From: a virus
Direction: 5' to 3' (one strand)
DNA length: 64,000 nucleotides
IMG/VR virus record: IMGVR_UViG_3300003886_000001
Span: 55,666 to 119,665 of that record
Under the pieces are notes generated by a model. It ran no database searches, was not told the DNA's origin, and saw only the letters and a program-made list of their open reading frames with translations. The number at the start of each line of letters is the position of its first letter. The first letter of the stretch is position 1. Of the stretch, positions 49,328 through 59,986 are shown one piece after another. The position numbers and the translations under genes are program-made.

Positions 49328-50779
49328 ATGAAATTTCTAACTCCCATAGACCTAAATAATAACGAGATTAAGAACTTTATCGTTGATAACTTAGCTACCG
49401 CCCCAACTAGTCCTGCCGCCGGTCGTGTTTATTATGATACTGCCCTGAGCGAGGCTAGGGTCTGGAATGGTACTGCATGGGTTACCGTAGCTGACACATG
49501 GGTTAGTAATGTGATTGGGACTGCTCCAATTGTGGCAAGTGTAACTAGTGGTGTTGCTACACTATCCATATCTGCTGCCTCAGGTACGGTTGCGGGCTCT
49601 ATGAGCGCCACAGATAAAGCTAAACTTGATGCGGCTACAAGTGTTAATACAGCGAGCACTTTGATTTTAAGAGATACGAGCGGTAATTTTTCGGCTGGGA
49701 CTATTACAGCCACCTTAGCAGGTAATGCTTCAAGTGCTACAAATGCTTCAAATTTGGGAGGACAAGCCCCTACATATTATCTATCTAGAGCTAATATGAC
49801 AGGTACACAGCTTTCCAGTACAATCTCTGACCTTCATACGGTTGTAGTAGCTTACCCATTAAGTGATTTTGCGGCCCCGTTAGCAAGCATCAGCATGAAC
49901 GCTAACAAAATTATCAATATCGCCGACCCTACAAATGCACAGGACGCAGCGACAAAGAATTATGTTGATTCAGTAGCACAAGGTTTGGTTGTTAAAGAGT
50001 CAGTAAAAGTCGCTACAACAGCTAACATAACTTTAACTGCCCCGGGTACAGCCATTGACGGGTTTACCTTAACACTTGGTGACAGAGTCTTGGTTAAAAA
50101 TCAAACTACTGTAGCTGATAATGGAATCTATACATTTGATACTTCTACAACCTCGATGGTACGGGCGACTGATGCCAATGTCAGTTCCGAAGTGACATCA
50201 GGCATGTTTACATTTGTTGAAAATGGTACCACACAGTCGGCTACAAGCTGGATTTTGACTACACCAGACCCGATTACGCTAGGAACTACATCTCTAACTT
50301 TTGCACAGTTCTCTGGTGCTGGTTCTTACGCAGCGGGCGCCGGTCTTACCCTTACAGGTACTACATTTGCCGTTGGGGCTGGCACAGGAATTACAGTTAA
50401 TGCCAGCACCGTACAAATTGCAGCTACCTACGCAGGTCAAACTTCTATTACTACCTTAGGTACTGTTGCTAGCGGTACCTGGAATGCAAATGCTATCGGA
50501 GTGGCCTATGGTGGTACCGGAGCAACTACAGCTTCGGGGGCTAGAGCAAACCTTGGAGCTACCACTAAATTTAGTGCTGCTCTTGGTGATGGTACTACTA
50601 CAGCATACGTACTTAATCATAATCTGAATACTCAAGACATCGTGATTATGGTTAGAGAAGCAGCTTCCCCTTATTCTCAAGTTATTGCTGACACTGCCGC
50701 TACCACGGTAAGTAGCGCTACAATTACCTTTACCACAGCGCCGGCAACAGGTCAGTATAGTGTTACCATCGTTGGATAA
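49328..50779 (+). CDS. Head/tail fibre-like structural protein
   Basis: DPTNAQDAATKNYVD, KESVKVATTANITL, GDRVLVKNQT..NGIY. Confidence 0.85.
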   Translation: MKFLTPIDLNNNEIKNFIVDNLATAPTSPAAGRVYYDTALSEARVWNGTAWVTVADTWVSNVIGTAPIVASVTSGVATLSISAASGTVAGSMSATDKAKLDAATSVNTASTLILRDTSGNFSAGTITATLAGNASSATNASNLGGQAPTYYLSRANMTGTQLSSTISDLHTVVVAYPLSDFAAPLASISMNANKIINIADPTNAQDAATKNYVDSVAQGLVVKESVKVATTANITLTAPGTAIDGFTLTLGDRVLVKNQTTVADNGIYTFDTSTTSMVRATDANVSSEVTSGMFTFVENGTTQSATSWILTTPDPITLGTTSLTFAQFSGAGSYAAGAGLTLTGTTFAVGAGTGITVNASTVQIAATYAGQTSITTLGTVASGTWNANAIGVAYGGTGATTASGARANLGATTKFSAALGDGTTTAYVLNHNLNTQDIVIMVREAASPYSQVIADTAATTVSSATITFTTAPATGQYSVTIVG

Positions 50780-53352
50780 TGAAACTATTAGATTCTTTGC
50801 AGGTAGACGGGGGGATAACTCCCGAAACTAATAATACCAGGGATTTAGGAAGCTCCTCGCTTTCCTGGGCGGTTTTGTATGCCGCCACGGATGTAAAAGT
50901 GGGGGGCTATTCAGTTTGGACAGCTGGAAATGATGGTCCAGGTTCGGGATTAAACGCAGATTTAGTTGACGGTGCTCACGCTTCTTCTTTTCTTCAATTA
51001 AGCGGCGGAACGATGACTGGGGAATTAACTGCTGCTCAAGTGGGGCTGCTTACTTATAAAGTCCCTACTAACATGGTTTTCTTTCCTGAGGGATATAATA
51101 ATGTTATTTCTTCATCTCCATTTAGTAATATATATTATGACGTTCTACGATGGAGTACCCCTATATATGAAACATCTTTAGATAATATAACTTGGACTTC
51201 AGCGCCGCTTCAAAAAGAATTGTTCTCAGGTAATCAAAATCAATGGTATAACGTAGCTACAAGCACTCAAATAGGGGCTAGATGGACTTGGACACTTAAC
51301 CAGTATATTGAGGGAACCTGGCTAGTAATTGACTTTGTCTATAATCCAGGTAATTCCGCTCAGGTCTTAATTGAAACATCCTCAGACGGTGTTACGTGGA
51401 TTACTTCACATAGTAGCTCTTCCTTTTATAATAATTTTTCCTATTTCTTTAGGCTAGCTAATTATTTAACTGACAAGTACCTAAGACTTACTTTAGTAAA
51501 TACCTCCACTACTACCATCGGTATCTCTACCATACAGTTTCTTACAGCCCGAGGAAACGGAATAGGATACGGCAAGGAACACGAATATCCTTATTCATGG
51601 GATGCCTATAAAAATATTACTACGGGAGCAGAACTATCATTAAATACAATAAATGACGCAACAGGTGACTTTGTTACAGTTAGTACAACCGGATTATTAA
51701 CCAAAAGGACCCCTACAGAGGCCTTAACTGATATCGGTGGACTTCCTTTATCCGGTGGAACCATCTCAGGAAGTCTTACCGTCTCTGGAAATACAACATT
51801 ATCTGGAACTCTTGCAGCAACCGGGGCGACCATCCTTGGCAACACTTTATCTGTAGCTGGTAGTTTCACTTCTATAGGAAAGGCCTATATTGAAGGTGGA
51901 AGCTCTTTCGGCGGTGGCCCCGCTATTACCCTAGCTATCGGGGATACAGACACAGGAATAAATTGGGTAGCGGATGGGCATATTGAACTTTATGCTAATA
52001 ATCAAGCGGTAGCAGATATCACGACTGCCTCTTTCGCAGTTCAAAAAGCTTTGTCGGTTGCCGGCTTTTCAAGTTTTGCTAACCCATTGTCATATACTAA
52101 CACTGCTAACAGACTATTTTTATCAATAGATGTAGACGACACTGCTTACCAAGAAATGCGGTTTGTTGGTACCACTGCACCCAGTATTTCATGGGTACGG
52201 GATGCTTCACAACAAGCTGCATTTAAGGTATATAATGAAAATACTCCTGGAACCATATTTACCATAAATGATGCTGGGGATGCCACCGTCTATGGAACAT
52301 TGCAGACTATTGGTGATACTACAATTAGTGGTAATACTACAATTAGTGGTACTCTGGATGTCACTGGCACATCTTCTACGTTTTCTGGGGGGGCTACAGT
52401 TGGAGGAAACCTATCAATTGGCGGCACTACTACAAGTACAGGAGATGTGTCAACAACCGGTAGATTTGTAGAAAAATTACTTTCATTTACCCCTACTGCT
52501 ATAGGATGGTACCGAATAGCCACGAGCGCCGCGGCATACCAAGGGGGCCAAGTTAGGATTGAAGGTGCCTATGATAATAAGGTACAGTCATTAGAATTTT
52601 TTTATACAATTCGTAGATATGCTGCCGCTACTGACCCAGCCCTCGGACAAATAAATGTAGTTAGAAGTATTAACTATAATAATGGTCCAATTACACAAAT
52701 TCGCATTGGTACAGACCCCATAGGTACAGCACTAGATATCTATATTAGCTCGGCAGGTGTCCCATCTCCGATTAATGTGTATTCATACGGACCTGGCTCA
52801 GTATTAGATGCTACAGCTACTCTCTCACCTCCTACCACAGGTGGAAAAATAATTTCCATTGTAAACATATATGGATTTCAAACCACTGACCAAATTACTT
52901 CCACAGGAATAGCATCTACAGGAAATTTAACAGTTACTGGTACTAGCACCCTTACTGGTGATGCTACTCTTTCCGGTGCACTATCTGTAACTGGTGCTAC
53001 TACCTTAGATAATACCCTATCCTTAAAAACTTCAAAACTAGACAGTGTACAGGTCACGGTTGCCTCTACATCATTGACTGCGCTTTATAGTGTTCCTATA
53101 GCTAATTTTCAAGCTATAAAAATATTTATGATTTCAACCATTACCGGGCAATATTGTACAAGGGAACTATTAGCATTACAAGATGGAACAAATGGATATA
53201 TTACCGAATATGCTGTTCTATCTTCCCCTTCTACCAGTGAGCTAGTGAATGACGTTATTTCAGCAAGTGTAAGTGGTACGGATTTTATAATTTCTATAAC
53301 AGCATACTCTTCAACTTCTCGTACCCTATCCTTAAACATTACGGCGGTATAA
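50779..53352 (+). CDS. Tail fibre protein
   Basis: GSGLNADLVDG, LPLSGGTISG, glycine-rich beta repeats. Confidence 0.85.
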   Translation: MKLLDSLQVDGGITPETNNTRDLGSSSLSWAVLYAATDVKVGGYSVWTAGNDGPGSGLNADLVDGAHASSFLQLSGGTMTGELTAAQVGLLTYKVPTNMVFFPEGYNNVISSSPFSNIYYDVLRWSTPIYETSLDNITWTSAPLQKELFSGNQNQWYNVATSTQIGARWTWTLNQYIEGTWLVIDFVYNPGNSAQVLIETSSDGVTWITSHSSSSFYNNFSYFFRLANYLTDKYLRLTLVNTSTTTIGISTIQFLTARGNGIGYGKEHEYPYSWDAYKNITTGAELSLNTINDATGDFVTVSTTGLLTKRTPTEALTDIGGLPLSGGTISGSLTVSGNTTLSGTLAATGATILGNTLSVAGSFTSIGKAYIEGGSSFGGGPAITLAIGDTDTGINWVADGHIELYANNQAVADITTASFAVQKALSVAGFSSFANPLSYTNTANRLFLSIDVDDTAYQEMRFVGTTAPSISWVRDASQQAAFKVYNENTPGTIFTINDAGDATVYGTLQTIGDTTISGNTTISGTLDVTGTSSTFSGGATVGGNLSIGGTTTSTGDVSTTGRFVEKLLSFTPTAIGWYRIATSAAAYQGGQVRIEGAYDNKVQSLEFFYTIRRYAAATDPALGQINVVRSINYNNGPITQIRIGTDPIGTALDIYISSAGVPSPINVYSYGPGSVLDATATLSPPTTGGKIISIVNIYGFQTTDQITSTGIASTGNLTVTGTSTLTGDATLSGALSVTGATTLDNTLSLKTSKLDSVQVTVASTSLTALYSVPIANFQAIKIFMISTITGQYCTRELLALQDGTNGYITEYAVLSSPSTSELVNDVISASVSGTDFIISITAYSSTSRTLSLNITAV

Positions 53353-53354
53353 TT

Positions 53355-54827
53355 ATGTCTACCTTTTTAGGTCCCAATGTAACAAGAACCGGTTTAGTAG
53401 CATCCTATGATTTCCTCAATAAAAAATCATATAGTCAAAATTATCACCCATCCCCTACCGATATTTACTCATGGACTGCTAATAACGGTTCGTCTATGGG
53501 GCTATCAAGGGATGCTACGCTAACATCTCCAGTTGGTACGACTCCATTAAAAATGTCCGTAGCTGGTATAGATTCATATACTAGGACATATAACAATGCG
53601 ATTTGGAATTTAGCTCCGGCTAAATCCGGCGAGACCTGGACAGTAAGTTGTTACGTTAAATCAAACGATGATGCTTCGATGGGTATAATGATATTTGAGT
53701 CTGATGCGACTGGAACTTACTACGCACTAGCGAACTTCACATTTCCCACAACCACTACTTGGCAAAGAATAAGTTTCTCCCATACATTTACGCAAGCATC
53801 GGCAACTTCTATCCAGACTCGTCTCAATAGTGCTGTAACTATAAATAATATTACTGGGTCTTTTACCGGGACAGCTAGTTCAACCGATGAATTATTGTAT
53901 TCTTATACTCCACCATTTAATTCAACAACTAGTACAACTTATACGTTTGCCCCATCGGATGCAGCTACCACTAGTGTGGACGCAGTCACTTTATACATCA
54001 AGGTAAATGGGGTTACTAAATTTACCCATACCTTACCAATAGGTATCACCGCGTCTTCTACCTTTACGGATGCTGTAATTGTTGCACCTGGTGATACTTT
54101 AGAATTCTATTCAGATAGCGGAGCTACTTCTTTAGCATTACTTACTGGAGTCAGTATCGCGCAAAGGGTAACTCTTTGGGTAGATGGTTATCAGGTAGAG
54201 AGGAGTTCAACAGCCTCTACATTTACATCTGTGTATCGACCGGATACCATACTCGACTTATCGTCAAGCAGTACTATAGGGACTCCCGCAGGAGGCTTTG
54301 TTTATGACGGAGGAAGCTTGATTTTTGATGGTTCTACTAATTATATCTCCTTAACCATACCTTCCATTTCCACAGTAGCTACCATTGAAATGTGGATAAA
54401 GCTAGCCTCTGGTTTTGGCAGTCGGATGCTCTGTGGATGGCCTACATACGATATTTATACCGAAAATAATAACATCGGATTTAATACATATAATGCTGAT
54501 GTATATGGTGTACCATCAGCTATAGTAACTTCTCTGGGACTAGTAGGTACTTGGGCACATTATGTGTTTGAGATGCACACAGATGTATCATATATCAATA
54601 ATAGAATATATATAAATGGAGTTCAACAACAGCTTTCACAAATATTAGCCACTGAGGATGCAACAAAGAGAACCTTTAGTGGTGGAACGTTTACTTTAGG
54701 TGGAGGGTCAGCAAATGCTTATCTTATGGTAATGGAGTGCGCTGTTTGTAATGTATATAATAGGACTTTAACACTACAGGAAGTAACACAGAATTTTAAT
54801 GGTTTGAGAACGAGATTTGCAATTTAG
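53355..54827 (+). CDS. LamG/concanavalin-like and carbohydrate-binding virion protein
   Basis: GLVASYD..KKSY; FDGSTNYI..TIEMWIK..YNRTLTLQEVTQNFN. Confidence 0.8.
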   Translation: MSTFLGPNVTRTGLVASYDFLNKKSYSQNYHPSPTDIYSWTANNGSSMGLSRDATLTSPVGTTPLKMSVAGIDSYTRTYNNAIWNLAPAKSGETWTVSCYVKSNDDASMGIMIFESDATGTYYALANFTFPTTTTWQRISFSHTFTQASATSIQTRLNSAVTINNITGSFTGTASSTDELLYSYTPPFNSTTSTTYTFAPSDAATTSVDAVTLYIKVNGVTKFTHTLPIGITASSTFTDAVIVAPGDTLEFYSDSGATSLALLTGVSIAQRVTLWVDGYQVERSSTASTFTSVYRPDTILDLSSSSTIGTPAGGFVYDGGSLIFDGSTNYISLTIPSISTVATIEMWIKLASGFGSRMLCGWPTYDIYTENNNIGFNTYNADVYGVPSAIVTSLGLVGTWAHYVFEMHTDVSYINNRIYINGVQQQLSQILATEDATKRTFSGGTFTLGGGSANAYLMVMECAVCNVYNRTLTLQEVTQNFNGLRTRFAI

Positions 54828-54850
54828 CCATGCGGGGAGAGTGAACCATA

Positions 54851-57800
54851 ATGGCAGCAAGTAATTTTAAAGTAAAATTGGGGATAACTACTCCTAAAGT
54901 AGATTATACAAATTCATCTGGTAACGTAATTACCGTTGATTTACTCTCCTTGGCGTCGCCCACCCTTTCATTTAGTGGTACTACTGGCCCATTATTCTCT
55001 ATTACAGACGATATGACAGGTACTATTTTTTCTGTTAATGATGTGTCAGGAGTACCGTCCCTCTCTGTGGACGCAGATGGTACCGTTTTATTGGCAGAAA
55101 TTTCCGGCAATGTGGGTATAGGGACCAATTCCCCAACCACTACACTAGACGTAAATGGTACGACTAGGGTACGTACCATAGCAGATGTAGCCGGGGACTT
55201 TATTACAACAGACAGTACAGGATTATTGTCAAAAAGAACACCTGCGGAGACGCTATCAGATATTGGAGCCCTTCCGCTAACTGGGGGTACAGTTACAGGA
55301 TTATTCGGGACAAGTACCAATCTTGACCCTGGTGACATTTTCAATTTGCCTACCACTGCTGGAATATACTTTGGGTGGAACAGGAGCGCCGGCGGACGTG
55401 AGGGTGTAATAGCAGTACAACCCGGAGGTACCGGAGTAATACAAACGTTGTCAATATTAAGTATTGACCCTACTGGAGCAACAACAGACTTGGTGGACAT
55501 ATCTCCTGGAGGTAACTTAGAGGCAATCGGAAAAGCATATTTTAAGGGCGGTAGTGGACTTGGAGGGGCTCCTCTAATTACTTTAGCTACTGGAGATAAT
55601 GCCAGCGGAATAAATTGGTTAACTAATGGTCATATAGCCCTATATGCACAAAACGTTAGCACTATAGACATTACACAATCTAATGTAATTATTGAAGTAC
55701 CGCTATCCATATCGGGTACTGCAACTATTACTGGTGCTACAACATTAAACAGTACACTATCAGTAGCGGGTTCTACGTATCTTTCTAATTCCCTATCTTT
55801 TACTAATACTGCTATTACAACCTTTTTAGTAGCAGATATAAGTGATACTTCTTATGGACAAATTCAATTCCATAGTCCTACCGCTCCTCTCATTTCATGG
55901 GCTCGCTATAACCCAGCTGGTAATGCGTTTGAGGTGATGAACAATACCGCTGCTAAAGAATTATTTCATGTTAGGGACAGTGGAGATACATGGGTAGCTG
56001 GGGCATTATCTGTAACCGGTATATCCACATTTACTAATGACTTAAATATTACTGGAAATGAAACAGTATCCGGCACTTTATCAGTAGCTGGGGTTATTGA
56101 CACTATTGTAACAACTGGTCCAACAAAAATATTAGGTTCTGGTACTACTGCGTGGGTAGGAATGTATGATGCAACAGGGGCTATTAGAACCGGGTATATT
56201 GGTGATAGCGTTTCATCTTCTTCAGATTTGTGGGTAGCGGCGGAACAAGGAAACCTAGTATTAAGCTCAGCTACGGGCGCTATTGTAATACCTACGTCAA
56301 CTAGTTTATCAGTTGAAAGCAATGCTTCTATAGGAGGGTCTTTATCAGTAACTGGAACTTCTGTTTTTACGGCCAGCAGCGTGTTTAATGGGACTATAAC
56401 TTTTACCAATCCATTAACATATTCTAATACCTCAACGCCAATATTTTTAACCGTTGATGTGAGTGACACATCATATGAAGAAATAAGCTTTAGCAGCCCA
56501 ACAGCATCTGCTATCTCGTGGAGACGAGACAATTCAACATCATCCTCTTTTGAGATTTATGATAAAACCTCGTCGCTATCGCTGCTGCAAGTCACAGATT
56601 TTGGTGATACAGTAATTTACAGAAATTTAGATATCGGTGGAGAACTGACTTCAGACGGTGTCAATGTCATTGACAATACCAATCTGTTCTTGAAGGCCGC
56701 CGCCATTAATCCTACGGACCCCGGAGATATAGTTTTTACCGATGATATCGGTACCGAATTATCCAGAATATATATGACGGGAGGATACACCAACCTTAGG
56801 TATAATGGAATTGGTGGTGGCCCAATTGCTATTAGTGATAATAATCTACAAACCGGGTTAAACGCTGATATGGTGGATAGCCAGCATGGAACCTACTATC
56901 TAGCATGGTCTAATTTGACAGGTGTTCCCTCCTCATTCAATCCAAGTGCCCATGTTTTAGCTACAACCTCAGGGATAGGGGCAGAACACAGAGTAAGCGG
57001 ACTAACCACTGGACAGGTACTACGTGCCACGGGCGCAACTACCGCTGCATTTGAAAGTTTACTAGTCACGGATTTACCTACCATTACAGTTCCTTATGGT
57101 GGTACGGGATTAGTGGCGTACACGGTTGGAAATTATATTAATGCTGCTACTACTACAACTCTACAACAAAGGACACCAGCACAAGTAGTAACAGACATAG
57201 GTGCCGTGGATATTTCCTCTGCACAGACTGTGACCGGAGCCAAAACATTTACAGCGGCGACTACCTTTGCTAGCCTTCTAACCTATACTGGTACATTGGA
57301 CGGCTTCTTATCGGTGGCTGTGGATGACACCTGGTTCTCGGCAATCACTTTTAATAGTACCACTAAACCTAGAATTTTATGGTCCAGAGATAACACTAAA
57401 GGAAACGCCTTACAAGTGGATAATGGCACAACATCGACGGTCTTATTCTCGGTATCAGATATTGGTAATGTCGCGACTACTGGAACTCTTTCTGTCGGAA
57501 GCAGTCTAGCTGTGACTGGTACTACTACACTTACGGGGTCACTTACAGTTTCCGATATTTCAACAACACTTGCTTCCGGTTACAAGTTGCGTGGTGCAGG
57601 AGCATTTGATTTTAAAATGACTGGGACTTCCTGGTCCGGATTTGACTTAACTAATAATACAGCTAATAGAATTATATTTGGTACAAATAAGGCACAAGTT
57701 ACTGCTAATACTAGATTACTTGATATTGAAGTAGTTGACGATGGCTGGCGTCTAGTATGGGGAATATACGCAGGAGGAAATGAATACCTCTCAGGTACTG

Positions 57801-57889
57801 GAACATTTGGAAATGGTGTCCAAGTTACTGGTACTAGTAACTTTAACGGGACTACTACCTTTACTACATTGATATTACCTATTAAATAA
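54851..57889 (+). CDS. Long tail fibre protein
   Basis: FSVNDVSGVPS, NVGIGTNSPTTTLDVNG, LNADMVD, three copies of an internal module. Confidence 0.85.
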   Translation: MAASNFKVKLGITTPKVDYTNSSGNVITVDLLSLASPTLSFSGTTGPLFSITDDMTGTIFSVNDVSGVPSLSVDADGTVLLAEISGNVGIGTNSPTTTLDVNGTTRVRTIADVAGDFITTDSTGLLSKRTPAETLSDIGALPLTGGTVTGLFGTSTNLDPGDIFNLPTTAGIYFGWNRSAGGREGVIAVQPGGTGVIQTLSILSIDPTGATTDLVDISPGGNLEAIGKAYFKGGSGLGGAPLITLATGDNASGINWLTNGHIALYAQNVSTIDITQSNVIIEVPLSISGTATITGATTLNSTLSVAGSTYLSNSLSFTNTAITTFLVADISDTSYGQIQFHSPTAPLISWARYNPAGNAFEVMNNTAAKELFHVRDSGDTWVAGALSVTGISTFTNDLNITGNETVSGTLSVAGVIDTIVTTGPTKILGSGTTAWVGMYDATGAIRTGYIGDSVSSSSDLWVAAEQGNLVLSSATGAIVIPTSTSLSVESNASIGGSLSVTGTSVFTASSVFNGTITFTNPLTYSNTSTPIFLTVDVSDTSYEEISFSSPTASAISWRRDNSTSSSFEIYDKTSSLSLLQVTDFGDTVIYRNLDIGGELTSDGVNVIDNTNLFLKAAAINPTDPGDIVFTDDIGTELSRIYMTGGYTNLRYNGIGGGPIAISDNNLQTGLNADMVDSQHGTYYLAWSNLTGVPSSFNPSAHVLATTSGIGAEHRVSGLTTGQVLRATGATTAAFESLLVTDLPTITVPYGGTGLVAYTVGNYINAATTTTLQQRTPAQVVTDIGAVDISSAQTVTGAKTFTAATTFASLLTYTGTLDGFLSVAVDDTWFSAITFNSTTKPRILWSRDNTKGNALQVDNGTTSTVLFSVSDIGNVATTGTLSVGSSLAVTGTTTLTGSLTVSDISTTLASGYKLRGAGAFDFKMTGTSWSGFDLTNNTANRIIFGTNKAQVTANTRLLDIEVVDDGWRLVWGIYAGGNEYLSGTGTFGNGVQVTGTSNFNGTTTFTTLILPIK

Positions 57890-57898
57890 GGAGTAACT

Positions 57899-58243
57899 AT
57901 GGCTACACCTGGCGAAATATGGATTAACAGTGCGGGAAGGAGTATCTCGGTAGTTGATACTGCTGGTACAACACATGTATTTCCTACTGCTGCAATCGGT
58001 ACTCCTCCCACCGCTCTGGTAACAGGGGAAGTGTACTTACACCCACCTGCTGGACTTACATCCGCTCTATTTTGGTTTAAGGATGGTTTAGGTAATACCT
58101 GCTCTTATTCGTTTGGCTTCCCAAATAGCTTTACAACATCCCCAGACCCAAATGGAAGTTTTTATCTGGGGGTTGATGAAAATAACGCGGCTGCGTTAAT
58201 ATTTGTTTATAATGGGGATGAATACCCCTTACTACTACCGTGA
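57899..58243 (+). CDS. Hypothetical structural protein
   Basis: AAGGAG RBS; beta-rich. Confidence 0.65.
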   Translation: MATPGEIWINSAGRSISVVDTAGTTHVFPTAAIGTPPTALVTGEVYLHPPAGLTSALFWFKDGLGNTCSYSFGFPNSFTTSPDPNGSFYLGVDENNAAALIFVYNGDEYPLLLP

Positions 58244-58322
58244 TACTCAGTCTTGACGCAGTATATTAAGGAGTTGTGCAATAATCATAAAAGTTTAGTA
58301 TAATATTAAAAGGTGGCTAAGA

Positions 58323-59543
58323 ATGTATGATACCTCAAAAAATCCTTTATTAGAAACGATTACGTTGGTAGACACTCTTGCACTAACATTAGATGCGTCT
58401 GTAACACGTAACTTGACCTATCTCGCTAGAGGATTAACAATTACCAATAATATAGGGGTTCCTATCAATGTATATACTTCCTCTGATAGTGATTATTATG
58501 TAAGTATACCTGATGCCTCTATTAAAGAAATTGATGTATCAACAGACTATTATCGTATTGTAGCTGTAGGAACACCTACTTCCGCTAATGTTACAGTTGA
58601 TATACTTCGTTCCAGCATCGCAGATTCCCCAACAAACGCTCCGGACGTTGGTAGAGCACTTATTGATAAGGTTCCGATTGATGCTAGAACCGAGCCTTAT
58701 CGTGAAATCGTTCAATTTGATTTAAGTAGCTCCGATTCTTATAACTCTATAGTTGCTAAGTATCCCGATGCCTGGAATGCATATTATGAAACTGGGGCTG
58801 CCCCAGCGTATTCTCCAGATAATGCCGTAAAGCTACAGTCAGCTATTAGCTTCTGGCTATATATGAGTGCTGGAGAATATATTGATGCTTCTGGCAATCT
58901 TATCTCCCCAGAAACAGCACAACAAATTGCGGGTAAAGAAGACCACGATTTTGACCCATATAATAAGGACCCTGGTAGCGGAATCTCTACCCTTAATATC
59001 CCACAGATTTATTTTGACCCTAAAGCCTACGATAATTCGGTAGATAGTTTGTTCACCGGGTCAGGTTTGAATGATATAGCCGTTGATATTATCGGTACTT
59101 TTGATTCAACGTTAGCTACTACACGGTACGCTATTAGTATTGATAGTGTAGGAGCTACAGACACCTTCTCTTGGTCAGATGATAATGGAGTAACTTGGAC
59201 AACTGGTGTAGCAATTACCGGAGCGTCTCAAACTTTATCAAACTCCATTTCCATAACTTTCGGCTCTGTAACAGGACATACATTAAGTGATAATTGGTTG
59301 TTTAATTATCGTGTTTCTCTACTTGGCCTCTCGGCCCCATTTCCTAAAACAGTACCACGGGTACAGATTGATGGTACCCGCATCGTTAGCACAGTTCCGG
59401 GCTCTGGGAGAAATGTTCAAGATACAGCACTGTTTTCTGCGTCTTATCTAGCTCTGACCGAATACCAAACAATCCGTCAAAATGTACCAAAAGGGCCGTA
59501 CGATTGGGGCGCTCAGTACGCAACTGGCAAAAAAACTTACTAA
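58323..59543 (+). CDS. Putative virion protein
   Basis: T/S/G-rich 406-aa ORF within the structural block. Confidence 0.7.
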   Translation: MYDTSKNPLLETITLVDTLALTLDASVTRNLTYLARGLTITNNIGVPINVYTSSDSDYYVSIPDASIKEIDVSTDYYRIVAVGTPTSANVTVDILRSSIADSPTNAPDVGRALIDKVPIDARTEPYREIVQFDLSSSDSYNSIVAKYPDAWNAYYETGAAPAYSPDNAVKLQSAISFWLYMSAGEYIDASGNLISPETAQQIAGKEDHDFDPYNKDPGSGISTLNIPQIYFDPKAYDNSVDSLFTGSGLNDIAVDIIGTFDSTLATTRYAISIDSVGATDTFSWSDDNGVTWTTGVAITGASQTLSNSISITFGSVTGHTLSDNWLFNYRVSLLGLSAPFPKTVPRVQIDGTRIVSTVPGSGRNVQDTALFSASYLALTEYQTIRQNVPKGPYDWGAQYATGKKTY

Positions 59544-59581
59544 TTTGCAGTATTCAATAGATATTTGATACACTGATAAAT

Positions 59582-59986
59582 ATGGCTTCTTTTAAGCGTG
59601 GATTACCCACCATATATCGTAGAATACGGTATCGTTCTAAGTGGGAAGTTTACGTAGCTAAGTTGTTATTTTATAATGATATATGTTTCCAGTACGAACC
59701 TAAACGTTTTTTCTTTAATGCGTCCTTAAGCTATCTACCAGATTTCTATTTACCGAGGTTTAAGTCGTTTTTAGAGGTAAAAGGGATATTAACCCAGAAA
59801 GATAAATTACAGATTCGTCTCCTTAGGAGACAACACCGAGTTATATATATTGGGAAAGAAGAACTAAAACATATTACAGATGAATCTTTAGCTCGTATTT
59901 CCCGGATGAATGTGGTAGAATATAAACCAAATAACGCAGAACTATACCGGTTTCGGAGGTTCTTAGAGGATGCCAGGAAAAACTAA
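59582..59986 (+). CDS. PD-(D/E)xK endonuclease (T7 endonuclease I-like)
   Basis: YRSKWE..FQYEP..YLPDFYL..FLEVKG. Confidence 0.85.
   Translation: MASFKRGLPTIYRRIRYRSKWEVYVAKLLFYNDICFQYEPKRFFFNASLSYLPDFYLPRFKSFLEVKGILTQKDKLQIRLLRRQHRVIYIGKEELKHITDESLARISRMNVVEYKPNNAELYRFRRFLEDARKN

Noticed and set aside
29254-58011. Numerous minus-strand ORFs over fibre genes
   Set aside because: Antisense shadows of Thr/Gly/Ser-rich coding sequence without RBS or motifs.
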